Shown one piece after another: positions 10,833 through 26,190 of a DNA stretch of 64,000 nucleotides. Within the stretch, counting starts at the first letter, position 1. Every line of letters begins with the position of its first letter. Origin of the DNA: Mobula hypostoma (taxonomy: Eukaryota). Below the pieces are notes generated by a model. The model saw only the letters and a list, made by a program, of their open reading frames with translations. It did not search any database and was not told the origin of the DNA. The stretch lies in the NCBI RefSeq assembly GCF_963921235.1, contig NC_086101.1, positions 744,001 to 808,000 on the forward strand, given 5' to 3'. The translations under genes were made by a program, and so were the position numbers.

Positions 10833-11500
10833 CTCATATCTTCTTTTAGCTTTTCTGAATTTCTTTCTGAAGATTCTTTTTACATACTTTATATTCCTCG
10901 AGCACCTCATTTACTCCAAGCTGCCTATATTTATTGTAGATCTCTCTCTCTTTTCCGAACCAAGTTTCCAATATCGCTTGAAAAGCATGGCTCTCTTAAA
11001 CTTTTAACCTTTCCTCTCAACCTAACAGGAACATAAAGATCCTGTACCCTCAAAATGTTACCTTTAAATGACCTCCATTTCTCTATTACATCCTTCCCAT
11101 AAAACAAATTGTCCCAATCCACTCCTTCTAAATCCTTTCGCATCTCCTCAAAGTTAGCCTTTCTCCAATCAAAAATCTCAAGGGTCCAGACCTATCCTTC
11201 TCCATAATTATACTAAATCTAATGGTATTGTGATCACTGGACCCGAAGTGCTCCCCAACACATACCTCTGTCACCTGCCCTATCTCATTCCCTTGCAGGA
11301 GATCCAACACTGCCCCTTCTCTAGTTGGTACCGCTATGTGTTGCTGCAAAAACAAAAACTACCCTGCACACGTTTTACAAACTCCAAACCATCCAGCCCT
11401 TTTACAGAATGGGCTTCCCATTCTATGTGTGGAAAATTAAAATCTCCCACAATCACAACCTTGTGCTTACTACAAATATCTGCTATCTCCTTACAAATTC
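10833..11500 (-). mobile_element. CR1 LINE endonuclease region, right part of the split copy
   Basis: PTREGAVLDLL, GEHFGSSDHN; continuous with 5198-5982 across the TSD. Confidence 0.9.
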
Positions 11501-13219
11501 AAGGTATTCCTTTGTCAACTCTCTGTTACATCCTGAGAGATGCCCGGTGGTATTGAGGGGATAGATAGTTTTAATGAGTTGCAGTCCATTATCAGTGCTG
11601 TACAGTTCCCTGTACTTGAAGTGCTGGTCCTGTTCTAGTGTTTAACGGTAGAGTACAGTGCTGGGTGTGCACAGGATCGTCTGCTCACTGCCGTATTCAT
11701 TTTCTACTTCGAATTCTAACGCTGGCTGTGGGTATAAACTCGCACCTTTGTCCGAGGGTGGTCCTGTCCTCTCCCCACTCTTCTGTTGTTTTCTGCGTAT
11801 GCATAAGTTGCCTTGGGATTCTCATTGATCCTCCTGAATGAGGACATTTCCGGGGCACTTTTCACTCTCCTGGTTCACTGTGCGACTTATTTCCTGCTTC
11901 CTGTATGTTCCTCCAAGACTCTGTCTAATTTCATCTTCCTCGCCCTTGCACATGACTCCCGTTACATTTTTTTAAAGAAATATAATCACTGATGCGATTA
12001 TACTGTAGGCCTCCCGTTAGCCAGTGAGAGAGACATGTGTGCTACATGTGATTCATATCTTTCCATCCTGTCTATTTATGTGCTTTCTAAGATCCTCTTT
12101 GTAATGAACATTATTTTAAAATTCATTCATTGTATTCTTCTTTGATTCAGCTCAGGCAATTACTTATGCATTCGCAACAAAGGAGACTGCACACGTGTTG
12201 AAACCACGCAATTTGTTACCACTCGCGCCCTTTCCCTCGTGCCGTCTACCTCACGCCAGCTGCCACGCACCCCCGTGCTCACTATTTCACGATGTCTCAT
12301 TCTCTCTCTCTGTCTCTCTCACAGAGAGACAAGTGAACGTAACAGTAGTTTGTCTTCAATCGTAAAACAGGAAAATTCTCTTGCAGGAAGATTGTTCAAG
12401 GTGGCAGTGAGAAAGAGAACCTACAGGTCGAGAAGCAGGGAAAAAAAAAAGAGGGTGAAGGAAAGGACTTGACTCAGAACTGGGAAGCCGCCGGAGCCAG
12501 GACGTGGTGCTTGGAACCTCCGGGTAGTGTCGAGCTCTCGACTCGGCCCGGGAAACAGTAGACCGCGGCTCTTGATTCCCTCCGGCCGGTTAACTGACAG
12601 ACCCACCTCGGTGAGGAAATTTTGCGGGTTTGCTTTGGCGAGATAACTGGACATGGTTGCTCCGGTGAGGAGAGGAGAATTACCTGCACTCGCTTCGGGC
12701 GGAGACAGAGCTTGCTCCGGCCAGATGACATTAGCACGCCGTGACTTTGCAGATTCTCCCGCACCGAACGGCTGAAAGCCGGAGATTATAAACTACCGGT
12801 TCTACCAGTGTTAATTGCCTCTGATCACCAAAGTCGAGGGACACAGGAAAACAGGGAATCAACGGTCCGGATCGTAACATAAACAAGGTAAATTTAAAGG
12901 GACGCCGATCCGGACCATGACAGTTACTGGAAGATTGTTCAAGATGGCAGAGAGAAAGAGAACCTACAGGCGGAGAAAGAAGACAAAAAAGAGGGTGAGG
13001 GAAGGGATGGGTTATGACAGGATCAGGAGTGCTTGCTGCAGACGAAAATATACTCCAAGATCAGGCAGTTCTGTCAGAACCGGGAACTAGGGGAAACAGG
13101 TTCATCTCCAGCCTCAATTTAACGGGGCGGGGTGTGGGGTGCAAAGGGGAATTCTCTGGGATGGTGAGGCCAGTGATGCCGTCGGGATCAGCTGTAAACA
13201 GCTGTTTTGTAATTCTAAG

Positions 13220-13458
13220 ACAACACACACAAAATGGAGAAGAGTGAACAGTTGACAGCACTCTGAGGAGGGGTTTCGGCCTGAAACGTCGACAGTTTAC
13301 TCTATTCCATAGAACTTGCCCGGTCTCTGACTTCCGCCAGCATTTTGTGTGAGGTAAAGAGTAAACAGCCGACGTTTCGGGACGAAACCCTTCACCAGGA
13401 TCGGATTTTGCGTGTGCTGTTTTGTATTTCGAGCATCTGCACATTTTCTCGTGTTTGT
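13220..13458. mobile_element. Rearranged PLE-tail remnants with two opposed degenerate hammerheads (13263-13293 +, 13367-13402 -)
   Basis: ctgagga-ggggtttcggcct-gaaacgtc on +; ctggtga-agggtttcgtccc-gaaacgtc on -. Confidence 0.65.
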
Positions 13459-13561
13459 TTTGTAACTCTGTTCATCTCATTCTTTCCACTTACACACAAG
13501 TAGGGGGATAGAATAGGAAGCATGAAGGCAGCTGAATTGTAATAGTTTACACCATTTATTT

Positions 13562-14466
13562 TTAACGTTTCATGAGTTTCACAATCCGATTCAGTGGGTA
13601 TTTCACCGCATTCTTTAGTTCCTCTCGGAATTTGCTCTGAGTCAGGGCGTAAATACACGTGTTGGTGCAGGAACTGAGAATCTGCAGCATTTCCGATGTG
13701 TGATCTGTGATGTAGCGGGGATCGTTAACAGAATCAAAAACAAAACTCATTGAAATCCGTCTATACATGGAAAATAACACTATTGTTCCCCACAACAAAA
13801 TGAAACTGCCGGTTACGCTGAAGAGCAAAACGATGGATTTGCGTCGGTTCTCCATCTCCCGGTCCTTGTCTTTCTCTCCACACTTTTGTCCCCAGAGCCC
13901 CCTGCGGGCTCGACTGGCCGCCAGAATCCGCCTGACAGTCAGAGTATTGAACAGCAACATCAGAAAGAATGGGAGACAAGGGACTAAAATGAGGTCAAAC
14001 ATGTCAAAAGCCGCCCATGCGGGAGAGTTTGTGAAGCTCGCTGTGTAAACACAATCCCAGGGAACACCATCAATTATTTCTCCAGGCTCATATACAAAGC
14101 CCCACGGGACCGTCTCCAAACCGGCCAGCGCACTCACTGTCCCAATTACCACAGCCGCCGTTCTCTCGGTGCAATATCTTGTTTTTAGCTTCTCACAGCA
14201 AATAGCCACAAATCGGTCGACGGTGAAAGCGACAGTCAGCCAGACTGAGGCCGCAGTGCTCGCAGAAATCAACCATTGATCGAGGCTGCACACAGGAGTG
14301 ACTCGCAGGAATGATCGGGGAAAATAAATCTCTGCAGTCCACCACAGCAGCGGATCCGAGAAAACGACCAGGAGATCGGCCGCTGCCATTCCCACCAGGT
14401 AGCGAGTGACACATTTGGAGAGACCGCAATTTCCCCGGGACAGGATCACAATCGCCACAAAGTTCG
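13562..14466 (-). CDS. GPR139-like class A GPCR, exon 2
   Basis: Acceptor ttctgttcccggtctctcttccag|cgaac; hydrophobic TM segments; YLVGMAAADLL, WLTVAFTVDRFVAICC, ENRRKSIVLL, SSCTNTCIY, KFREELK; no internal stops. Confidence 0.93.
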
Positions 14467-15836
14467 CTGGAAGAGAGACCGGGAACAGAAAGTTGAGAAA
14501 ATACTGAGCAGAAGCCAATGCAGCAGTTTGAGGGGATCCTGTAATATTTCCACTTTATTGTTGCATTTAGCGGTAGGAGGGTCGAGAGAGGGCGCAGAGA
14601 TGGCGGGGACAGAGATGGAGTTTACACAGTAAAATAAATTCAATATGATCTGAATACGGATTCCTTACTGATGAGCGGAATGTGAAGTGGCAGCGGAAAG
14701 CTAACACTGGATAACTACCTCCTCAGATCAAAACTGGATGGAACGTTTTTCCGCGTCTCGTCCGGATGAAATGAATAAATCCGGACGCTGATGGCGGGAT
14801 TCTTCCATTGGACAATCATCAACTTCCATGGCGATCCCTGTCAGTGACAGAACAGCCGAAGGCCGGAACACAAACAGGAAATGCTGTAAAACCTCACCCA
14901 GGCAAAACAGAATACGTGTCAAACAGTTAAAGTATCTCTCCACAGAACTGTTCTCAGAGAGATCTCTGACAGGAGTGTTAACTGGTTTCTCTTTCCACAC
15001 AAGCTCCTTGGGGCTCAGTGTTTCCAGCATTCTCTGAGTTTGTTTCCTTTTCCGGAGTTTTCCACCTCACTGACTTTACAACAAAACATTGACTGATTCC
15101 AACAGATACAACGCAGACTGACACAACCTCACAGACAGACATGACGTCTCCCACTGAGTCCATCCCAGGGAAGCAGGGGAGAGGAGTTCAGACTCGGTGC
15201 CGGAGACAGATGTCTGTAACAGTGTCAGCTGTAAATATATTATAAAACATTTCACAGTATTGATAACTATGAAGCACCACCTCGGTTGAATTAATTGACT
15301 CAGCATCGACTTCATTGTGTTGTTCACCAACTGCTTTATATTCAGTCATATCTCAGACATTTACTGAAAATCCACTACAGTTTCCTGTTACAACACGGAA
15401 CTACTCACATCTGCTAAAGTGTTACTACAGTCATAGTTTGGATTGTTCCTTGTAAGTAGACAGTCACTCACATTCAAAAGCAGACGATCATTTGGCATAA
15501 ACTCCGCGGGCTATATAAACACAATATTTGCAAATGCAGTGCAGCTACTACAAGACCAAAAGCAGAGAGCCGAATATCCCATCATTAATCACAAACCGCT
15601 GGAAGAACGCTGCCTGACCCGCTCACTCCCAGAGAAAGCGGCCGATTCGCTGAATTCCTGCAGCGGTTTGTTTTTAGATAGAAATCTCAGCATCTGTGCT
15701 CCCGGTGTTTCCATTCCATTCCTGAAATGCGGAATACTGGGACTGGAATGTGAGACTTTAGACAAGCGGCAGAATCAATCACAACATTGGGATTGAACTT
15801 CAATATCCAGCCACGGCAGCTGACACTGCGGTTTAC

Positions 15837-15906
15837 CAGGAATTCCAAAGGCAGAAATACAAGTATAGTAAACGGCTTCTGTCCGCCGGATGATCGGATA
15901 CACCAT
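15837..15906 (-). CDS. GPR139-like GPCR, coding exon 1 (MVYPIIRRTEAVYYTCISAFGIP)
   Basis: ATG at 15906, donor CCTG|gtaaac; phase 1 matches exon 2, giving GIPAN in TM1; 70+905 nt = 324 aa plus stop. Confidence 0.9.
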
Positions 15907-15985
15907 TTCAGTGAGAGTCTGTGATTTCTGTTGCTCCTGCATTCACAGCTCCGGCAGACAGCTGATGCATTCCAAGCGGCCCTGA

Positions 15986-15991
15986 TTTATA
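15986..15991 (-). promoter_or_regulatory. Candidate TATA box of the GPCR
   Basis: TATAAA about 80 nt upstream of the exon 1 ATG. Confidence 0.55.
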
Positions 15992-16347
15992 CAGAGGATC
16001 TGTCTCCAGAGATACGGTTATACACCTCAATAACTTTCTCAGTTACAGTTGTTTGAACAAACAGTTTAATTCAATACCTTTGTCTCTATTGTAAATATTA
16101 GGGCTATTGTAGAGAAGTATATCAAAATTCTTTGGCGTTACCTTAACAATGTCTCCGGTGGAAATAGGCCGTTAGATTTACTTTCAAAGACTGAGCTTTG
16201 TCAGGGAGCAGCTACACTTACAGATTTCATCTCTTTGTTGGCTAATTATTCATCTCTGAACGGAGACCAGCGACACTGGCCGATCCCTACCTCTGTCCCT
16301 GCAGTTTCCCATTTTGAACTACCCTTTAGCTTCCTCCTGGTGACACT

Positions 16348-17800
<1,453 letters not shown>

Positions 17801-17883
17801 GGGCCATGTTTTCACCACAGACTAAAATCTCACCTGCAACGTTGTCCTTCACCCACTGATGTCTTTTCCAAATATTTTTACAG

Positions 17884-18895
<1,012 letters not shown>

Positions 18896-18896
18896 T

Positions 18897-20205
18897 CAGA
18901 CCATAAAATATAGGAGCGGAATGATGCCCTTTACCCAATCGAGTATTCTGTCATTTCATCATGGATGATCCAAATTTCCTCTCTGCCGCGTCTCTTATCT
19001 TGTCCCCATATCCCTCCATGCCCTGTTCAATCAAGAGTCTATCTCCCTCTGCCTTAATGTACAGAAAGAATTCACCTCACAGTTCTCTGTGGCAAACAAT
19101 TCCGCAGATTCACCACGCTCTGTCAAAGAAATTCCTCCATCTCCGATCTACAATGACACCCCTCTATTCTGATGCTCTGTTCCCTGGTCACAGACTTCTT
19201 CCACCACAGTAAGTATCCTTTCCACATCCACTCTATCAAGCCCTTTCACAGTTTGATAAGTTTGAATGAGATCAGCCCTAATTCTTCTGGTGAATAAAGG
19301 CTCAGGCCCATCAAACGCTCTTCATACGACGAGCCATTCAATCCCAGAATCTTTTTTTGGGAACCTACATTGAAACCTCTCCAGTTTCAGCACATCCCTT
19401 CTAAGATAAGGGACCTAAACCTGTTCGCAACACTCCAAGTGAGGCCTCAGCAGTGATTATAAACTTTCCAAATGACATCCTTGCTTATATATTGTAGACC
19501 TCTTGAAATGAATGCTAACTTTGCATTTGCCTTCCTCATCACAGACTCAACCTGCAAATTAACATTTAGGGAATCGTGAACATGCACTCCCCCTGTCCCT
19601 TTGCACCACAGTTATTTGGTGCTTTCTGTCCATTTAGAAGAAGTTAACATTTTCATTTCTTCTACCAAAAATGCATGAACATACACTTTCAGCACTGTAT
19701 TCCATCTGCTGTTCTTTTTTCCCCCATTCTCTCAATCTGTCTAAGTCCTTCTGTATCCTCCCTGCGTTAAGCTACCTGCCCCTCCTCGTGTCTTCATATT
19801 GCTGCAAACTTTGCAACAAAGCCATCAATTCCATCGTCCAAATTATTGGAATGTAACATATAAAGCACCAGTCCGAAGACTCCGGAGGAACACCACTAGT
19901 CACTGGCAGCCAAACCGAAATGGCTTCCCTTATTCTCACTCTTTGCTCCCCACCAATCAGCCACTGTTTAATCCATGCTAGAGTCTACCCTATAATAATA
20001 AGCCATGGGCCTAGTGTCTGGCACTTTGTCAAAGGCCTTCTGAAAATCCAAGTTCACAACATCTTGTTCTATCGTTTGGGTTGCTTTTACAGCACGAGTT
20101 TCACTTGAGGAAGCCAATTCTCCTTTATCGATCCTGTTTGCTGCTTCTTCCAAGAATGCCAGCAGGTTCATCAGGCAAGATTTTTCCTTAAAGAAACAAT
20201 TCTGA
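18897..20205 (-). mobile_element. Decayed CR1 LINE 3' portion
   Basis: DVVNLDFQKAFDKVP, NLLAFLEE, CR1-type tail at ~18900. Confidence 0.8.
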
Positions 20206-20479
20206 TCTTAGAAAAATAGAGCGCTCTAAGAAAAATAGAGGGCTATGGGTAACCTTAGGTAATTTCTGAGGTAAGGACATGTTCGGCACAGCTTTGTGGG
20301 CTGAAGGGCCTGTATTGTGCTGTAGGGTTTCCGTGTTTCTATGGCCGATGGTCTTTGGTCGAAGATTAAAGGCACACTTTGCAGCAGTTTTTTGTTGGAC
20401 CTTTGAGCAGCCAATCAGCATTTGGGTTTGCTCAGCAAGAACTTAAAGTTGACAGTAGGAAGTGAAGAGACCAATGTCA

Positions 20480-23400
20480 GAGCGAATAGAGTCGTAGTGG
20501 AGATTTTGAGGCTTTAGCTCTCAGTGATGACAGCCTTCAGTCAGAGAAGGTATAATTAAGCTGAAGGAAGAGATTTTTTTGCCCCCTTCTTTACAGCTGC
20601 CCAGTGAGAACAGTAGAGATTTCAGGCGGGGTAGTGGAAAGCTCCTCTTGTGGGATGTGGGAAAGCAGAGACACCTCCAGTGTCCCTGATGACTTCACCT
20701 CCGAGAAGTGGATCCACCGGCAGCTTCTAGCAATCGGAATAAAGAGGCTGGAACTGAATGAACACCAGATCATTCTGGAGGCTTCAGGGGTGATAGATGG
20801 GATGTTTAGAGAGGTAGTTGGACACAAAGTGCAGAGCACAGGAAACTGGGTGACAGCCAGGAGAAGGAAAGGGGTTAAACAGCCATTGCAGAGTAGCCCT
20901 GTGCACATCCGCTTAACTACTGATATATCCTTTTGGATACTGTTGCGGGGTGTGGGGGCCATCCAGCCAAGGAAAGTCACAGCCACTGGGTCTCTGACTG
21001 TGTGGGGAAGAGGGGAGAAGAGTCGAACTGTGTGATAGATGATGCATCAATTGAGGAAACGGACTGGATTCTGCGGGTGAGAACAAGATTTCAGAATGGT
21101 ATGTTTCCCCCTGCCTGCCAGGGTCCGGGACATCTCAGATCGAGTATTCAGTATTCTGAAGGAATCTGAAGAGTGAAAGTTGTGGACAATGTGGGTACCA
21201 ATGGGGGGTGTCGCTGGGAGCCGACCCAAATGCAAGACACAGACGCTGAAGTACTAGGAACAGGACTTGACTAGAGAGCTGGGACAGGAACACAGATGTG
21301 GGCTAAGATATTCGCTAGGCAAGCGAGGACAGGACAAGGAACTGGAAACTAGGAGCCTGGGCTAGAAATCCGAGCCGGAGACCGGACAAGGACCCAGAAG
21401 CTGGGTCTTGACTCGGGCTCGGACCCCGGAACTAGGCGAGGACATGACGTGGCTACAGGACTGGACATGGCTTGGGTTCTTCATGGTTTGGGTACTTCAT
21501 GGCTTGGGTACTTCGAGGCGAGGACATGACGAGGCTCGGGTTCTTCGAGGTGGGACATGACGAGGCTTGGGTTCTGACTCCGAGCCAGAGACTGGACAAG
21601 GACCCAGAACTTGTGTCTAGACTCGGGCTTGGACTCCGGAACTAGGCGAAGACATGACGTGATCTTGGGAGACAGGACTAGGCGAGGCCACAGGACAGAA
21701 CGAGAAACTCCTGGACAAGACGAGGGAACTCCAGCACAGTACGACGCACATGGATAGGACGAGAACATGAAGCCTTGACTTGGTACTCAGGAACAGCCGA
21801 GCCTTGGGACGACAGGAACCTCAGGACACAGAGCCTTGGTCTAGAGCACGCAGACACGGAGACTTGGACTTCAGAGACAGGAACACAGGGACATAGAACA
21901 CAGAGCCGGCACCCCTCCTTGGGAACAGTACTTAGGGCTGGGACTCGTACATGGAAAACAGAGCCAGGACCCCTCCTTGGAAACAGGACTTGGGGCCGGG
22001 GCTCTACACAGAATGCTGAACACGAACAAACAGTTTCCAACACTAGGTAGTGGCAAACGGCCGGACCTATCGAGCGAAGGCGTGGACACAGAGACAGGTC
22101 CAACTCAATGATTGACAGTTCCTTACCTTGAAACAGCAAGGCTCCGGTCTCACTCCGGTTGTAGAACTTGGCAAGGTTGCCGGCAAGGCTCCAGACACAT
22201 GTTGTGGTGGTAGATTTTAATTTCCCAGATATTGATCGGCATCTTCCTCGATGGGGTGTGATGTGTGGTTAGGAAGGTTTCTTGACACAATATGTAGATA
22301 GTCCTGGAAGAAGAGAGGTTGTACTTGATCTGGCATTGGGAAATGAACCTGGTCAGGTGTCAAGTCTTTCAGTGGGAGAGCACTTTGGAAATAGTGATCA
22401 CAATTCTATCTCCTTTACCATAGCATTGGAGAGGGAAAGGAACAAACAAGTTAGGGAAACGTTTAATTTGAGTAAAGGAAACATGAGGCTATCAGGCAGG
22501 AACTTGGAAGCAAAAATTGGAAACATATCTTCTCAGGGAACGTGCGGAAGAAATGTGGCAAATGTTCAGGGGACATTTGCATGGGGTTCTGAGTAGGTAC
22601 GTTCCAATGAGACATGGAAAGGATGGTAGGGTACAAGATCCGTGGTGTACAAAAGTTGTTGTAAAGCTAGACAAGAAGAAAAGACGAGCTTACGAAAGGT
22701 TAAATAAACTAGGTAATGGTAGGAATCTAGAAGATTATAAGGCTAGCAGGAAAGAGCTTAAGAATGAAATTAGGAGAGCCAGAAGAGGTCATGAGAAGGC
22801 CTTGGCGGACATGATTAAGGAAACCCCAAGGCACTCTCCAAGTATGTGAAGAGCAAGAGGATAAGACGTGAGAGAATAGGACCAATCAAATGTGACAGTG
22901 GAAAAGTGTGTATGGAACCGAAGGAAATAACAGAGGTATTTAATGAATACTTTACTTCAGTATACACTATGGAAAAGGATCTTGGCGATTGTAGTGATGA
23001 CTTACAGCCGACTGAAAAGCTTGAGCATGTAGATATTAAGGAAGAGGATGTGGGGGAGCTTTTGAAAAGCATCGAGTTGAATAAGCCAGCGGTTCGGACG
23101 GGATGTTCCCCAGACTACTGTGTGAAGCGAGGGAGGAGATTGCTGAGCCTCTGGCGATGAACTTTGCATCACTAATGAGGACGGGAAAGGTTCCAGAGGA
23201 TTGGAGGGTTGCGGATGTTGTTCCTTTATTCAAGAAAGGGAGCAGGGATAGCCAAGGAAATTACAGACGAGTAAGCCTTATTTCAGTGGTTGGTAAGTTG
23301 ATGGAGAAGTTTCTGAGAGGCAGGATTTATGAACATTTGGAGAGGCATAATATGACTAGGAATAGTCAGCATGGCTTTATCAAAGACAGATCGTGCCCTA

Positions 23401-23920
23401 CCCGCCTGACTGAATTTTTTGAGAACGTGACTAAACACATTGATGAAGGAAGAGCAGTAGATATAGCATATATGGATTTCAGCAAGGCATTTGATAAGAT
23501 ACCCCATGCAAGGCTTTTAGCGAAAGTAAGGAAGCATGGGATCCAAGGGGACAATGCTTTGTGGATCCAGAACTGGCTTGCCCACAGAAGGCAAAGAGTG
23601 GTTGTAGATGGGTCCTATTCTGCATGGAGGTTGGTAACCAGTGGTGTGCCTCAGGGATCTGCTCTGGGACTCCTACTCTTTGTGATTTTTATAAATAACC
23701 TGGATGAGGAACTAGAGGGATGGGTTATTAATTCTGATGATGACACAAAGGTTGTCGTTGTTGCGGATAGTGTGGTGGGCTGTCTGAGGTTACAGCCGGA
23801 CATTGATCAGATGCAAAACTGTGCTGAGAAATGGCAGATGGAGTTCAACCCAGATAAGCGTGAGATGGTTCATTTTAATAGCTCAACTATGATAGCAGAA
23901 TATAGTATTAATGGTGTCAC
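20480..23920 (+). mobile_element. Deleted CR1 LINE (ORF1 start, EN, RT) interrupted by an LTR-like repeat
   Basis: ORF1-like SSCGMWE..VPDDFT; GEHFGNSDHN; ORF 23103-24023 with DFSKAFDK and SGVPQGS. Confidence 0.88.
21208..22198 (-). mobile_element. Probable solo LTR with internal short direct repeats
   Basis: TGT...ACA termini; duplicated gacaaggacccagaa...gactcgggct...ccggaactaggcga blocks; interrupts the CR1; no TSD seen. Confidence 0.5.
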
Positions 23921-23949
23921 TTGGTCGGCAATCATGCAATATGGAACTG

Positions 23950-25015
23950 AGTCAGGTATTGGCTTGCCTGCAGAAGGCAGAGGGTGGTGGTGGAGGGAGT
24001 ACATTCAGATTGGAGGATTGTGACTAGTGGTGTCCCACAAGGATCTGTTCTGGGACCTCTACTTTTCGTGATTTTTATTAACGACCTGGATGTGGGGGTA
24101 GAAGGGTGGGTTGGCAAGTTTGCAGACGACACAAAGGTTGGTGGTGTTGTAGATAGTGTAGAGGATTGTCAAAGATTGCAGAGAGACATTGATAGGATGC
24201 AGAAGTGGGCTGAGAAGTGGCAGATGGAGTTCAACCCGGAGAAGTGTGAGGTGGTACACTTTGGAAGGACAAACTCCATGGCAGAGTACAAAGTAAATGG
24301 CAGGATACTTGGTAGTGTGGAGGAGCAGAGGGATCTCGGGGTACATGTCCACAGATCCCTGAAAGTTGCCTCACAGCTGGATAGGGTAGTTAAGAACGCT
24401 TATGTGGTGTTAGCTTTCATAAGTCGAGGGATAGAGTTTAAGAGTCGCGATGTAATGATGCAGCTCTATAAAACTCTGGTTAGGCCACACTTGGAGTACT
24501 GTGTCCATTTCTGGTCACCTCACTATAGGAAGGATGTGGAAGCATTGGAAAGGGTACAGAAGAGATTTACCAGGATGCCGCCTGGCTTAGAAAGTATGCA
24601 TTATGATCAGAGATTAAGGGAGCTAAGGCTTTACTCTTTGGAGAGAAGGAGGATGATAGGAGACATGATAGAGGTGTACAAGATAATAAGAGGAATAGAT
24701 AGAGTGGATAGCCAGCGCCTCTTCCCCAGGGCAGCACTGCTCAATACAAGAGGACATGGCTTTAAAGTAAGGGGTGGGAAGTTCAAGGGGGATATTAGAG
24801 GAAGGTTTTTTACTCAGAGAGTGTTTGATGCGTGGAATGCACTGCCTGAGTCAGTGGTGGATGCAGATACACTAGTGAAGTTTAAGAGACTACTAGACAG
24901 GTATATGGAGGAATTTAAGGTGGGGGCTTATATGGGAGGCAGGGTTTGAGGGTCGGCACAACATTGTGGGCTGAAGGGCCTGTACTGTGCTGTACTATTC
25001 TATGTTGTATGTTCT
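23950..25015 (+). mobile_element. Younger CR1 LINE 3' end
   Basis: Open ORF 23984-24949 with SGVPQGSVLGP and FADDTK; ttctatg-type tail. Confidence 0.95.
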
Positions 25016-25796
25016 ATTATAAACAAACATAAACATTTATTAAATTCTGCTCAACAATAGTGAAAAGTAAACAAACAACGAACTTAACCGGAGGTTAACT
25101 CCTATACGGCAATTTAACAAACATTCGAACTTTGGAATAGTTCTTAAAGTGGTAAATTCGAACACAGTCTTAAAGTGGTAAGTTCGGAAGTCCAAGTGGT
25201 TTATGCAGTCAGTAAGGAGAGACTTCCCTGAAAACTGATTTCTTCGAAGATGTGACGTTACTGTTGATCCCAGACAAAGCATTCACGACGAAGGAAATAA
25301 AAGGGCTTAAGGGAACTGACATTTTTCCTTGAGGGTGAACACTGCACAAACCTTCCTGATCTTGCAGGGGGTGTCTCAGATGCAGGCCACTATTCCTAAA
25401 CGAAGAATCAATAAGGTCGATCCTTTATAAAACCGCCGAACGACACCAACTTTACTCGATCCTTCAGGTTGCCGTACTTTGGTGAGGTCTTCACTCTCCA
25501 ATACTAGACTTAAAATAGAAAGTAAAAACCCCACTTTAAAAAGAAACTGCATCGTGAGAAGAATACGCAGCAAAACTAACTAATGAATTGACTGACGAAC
25601 TAACTGCGTGAAAACAGGGGTTTCTCCTTTATATAGCTGTTGGGAATATGACATCACGTGACCTCATACAGCATTTTGCAAACTAATATACAGTAGGAAT
25701 GCAACAAAGGTCAAAATATCACACCATAAAAAAAAATTACATTGTACATTTAACATCTAGGTGGAGAATCAGCTAACACATTATCTTTACCTTTAA

Positions 25797-26007
25797 GCAA
25801 CACACATGAAAGTTGCTGGTGAACGCAGCAGGCCAGGCAGCATCTATAGGAAGAGGCGCAGTCGACGTTTCAGGCCGAGACCCTTGGGTCTCGGCCTGAA
25901 ACGTCGACTGCGCCTCTTCCTATAGATGCTGCCTGGCCTGCTGCGTTCACCAGCAACTTTGATGTGTGTGTTGCTTGAATTTCCAGCATCTGCAGAATTC
26001 CTGTTGT
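25797..26007. mobile_element. Fold-back (head-to-head inverted) PLE-tail insertion
   Basis: Inverted arms centred on gagaccc-tt-gggtctc; TSD ttatctttacctttaa at 25781-25796 and 26008-26023. Confidence 0.92.
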
Positions 26008-26190
26008 TTATCTTTACCTTTAATATAAGTTATCAAAATATTATACTCCTGTGACATCAAACTCTAATTTAGTAATCTTCTATTTTTGTTTTTCATCTTA
26101 CTCAAAAACACCAACGGATTATGATCAGCTTAAACTACGAGTGCACCAACATACACATCAAAATGTTGTAAAGCCAAAACAAGAGATAAT

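Noticed and set aside
14467..14518. ORF-track N-terminus MASAQYFLNFLFPVSLP of the GPCR
   Set aside because: It is the intron's polypyrimidine tract and acceptor; a phase-compatible exon 1 exists upstream
21208..22198. Repeat-spacer-like pattern suggesting CRISPR
   Set aside because: Repeats are irregular and the intervening sequence is itself repeated; eukaryotic context, no cas genes
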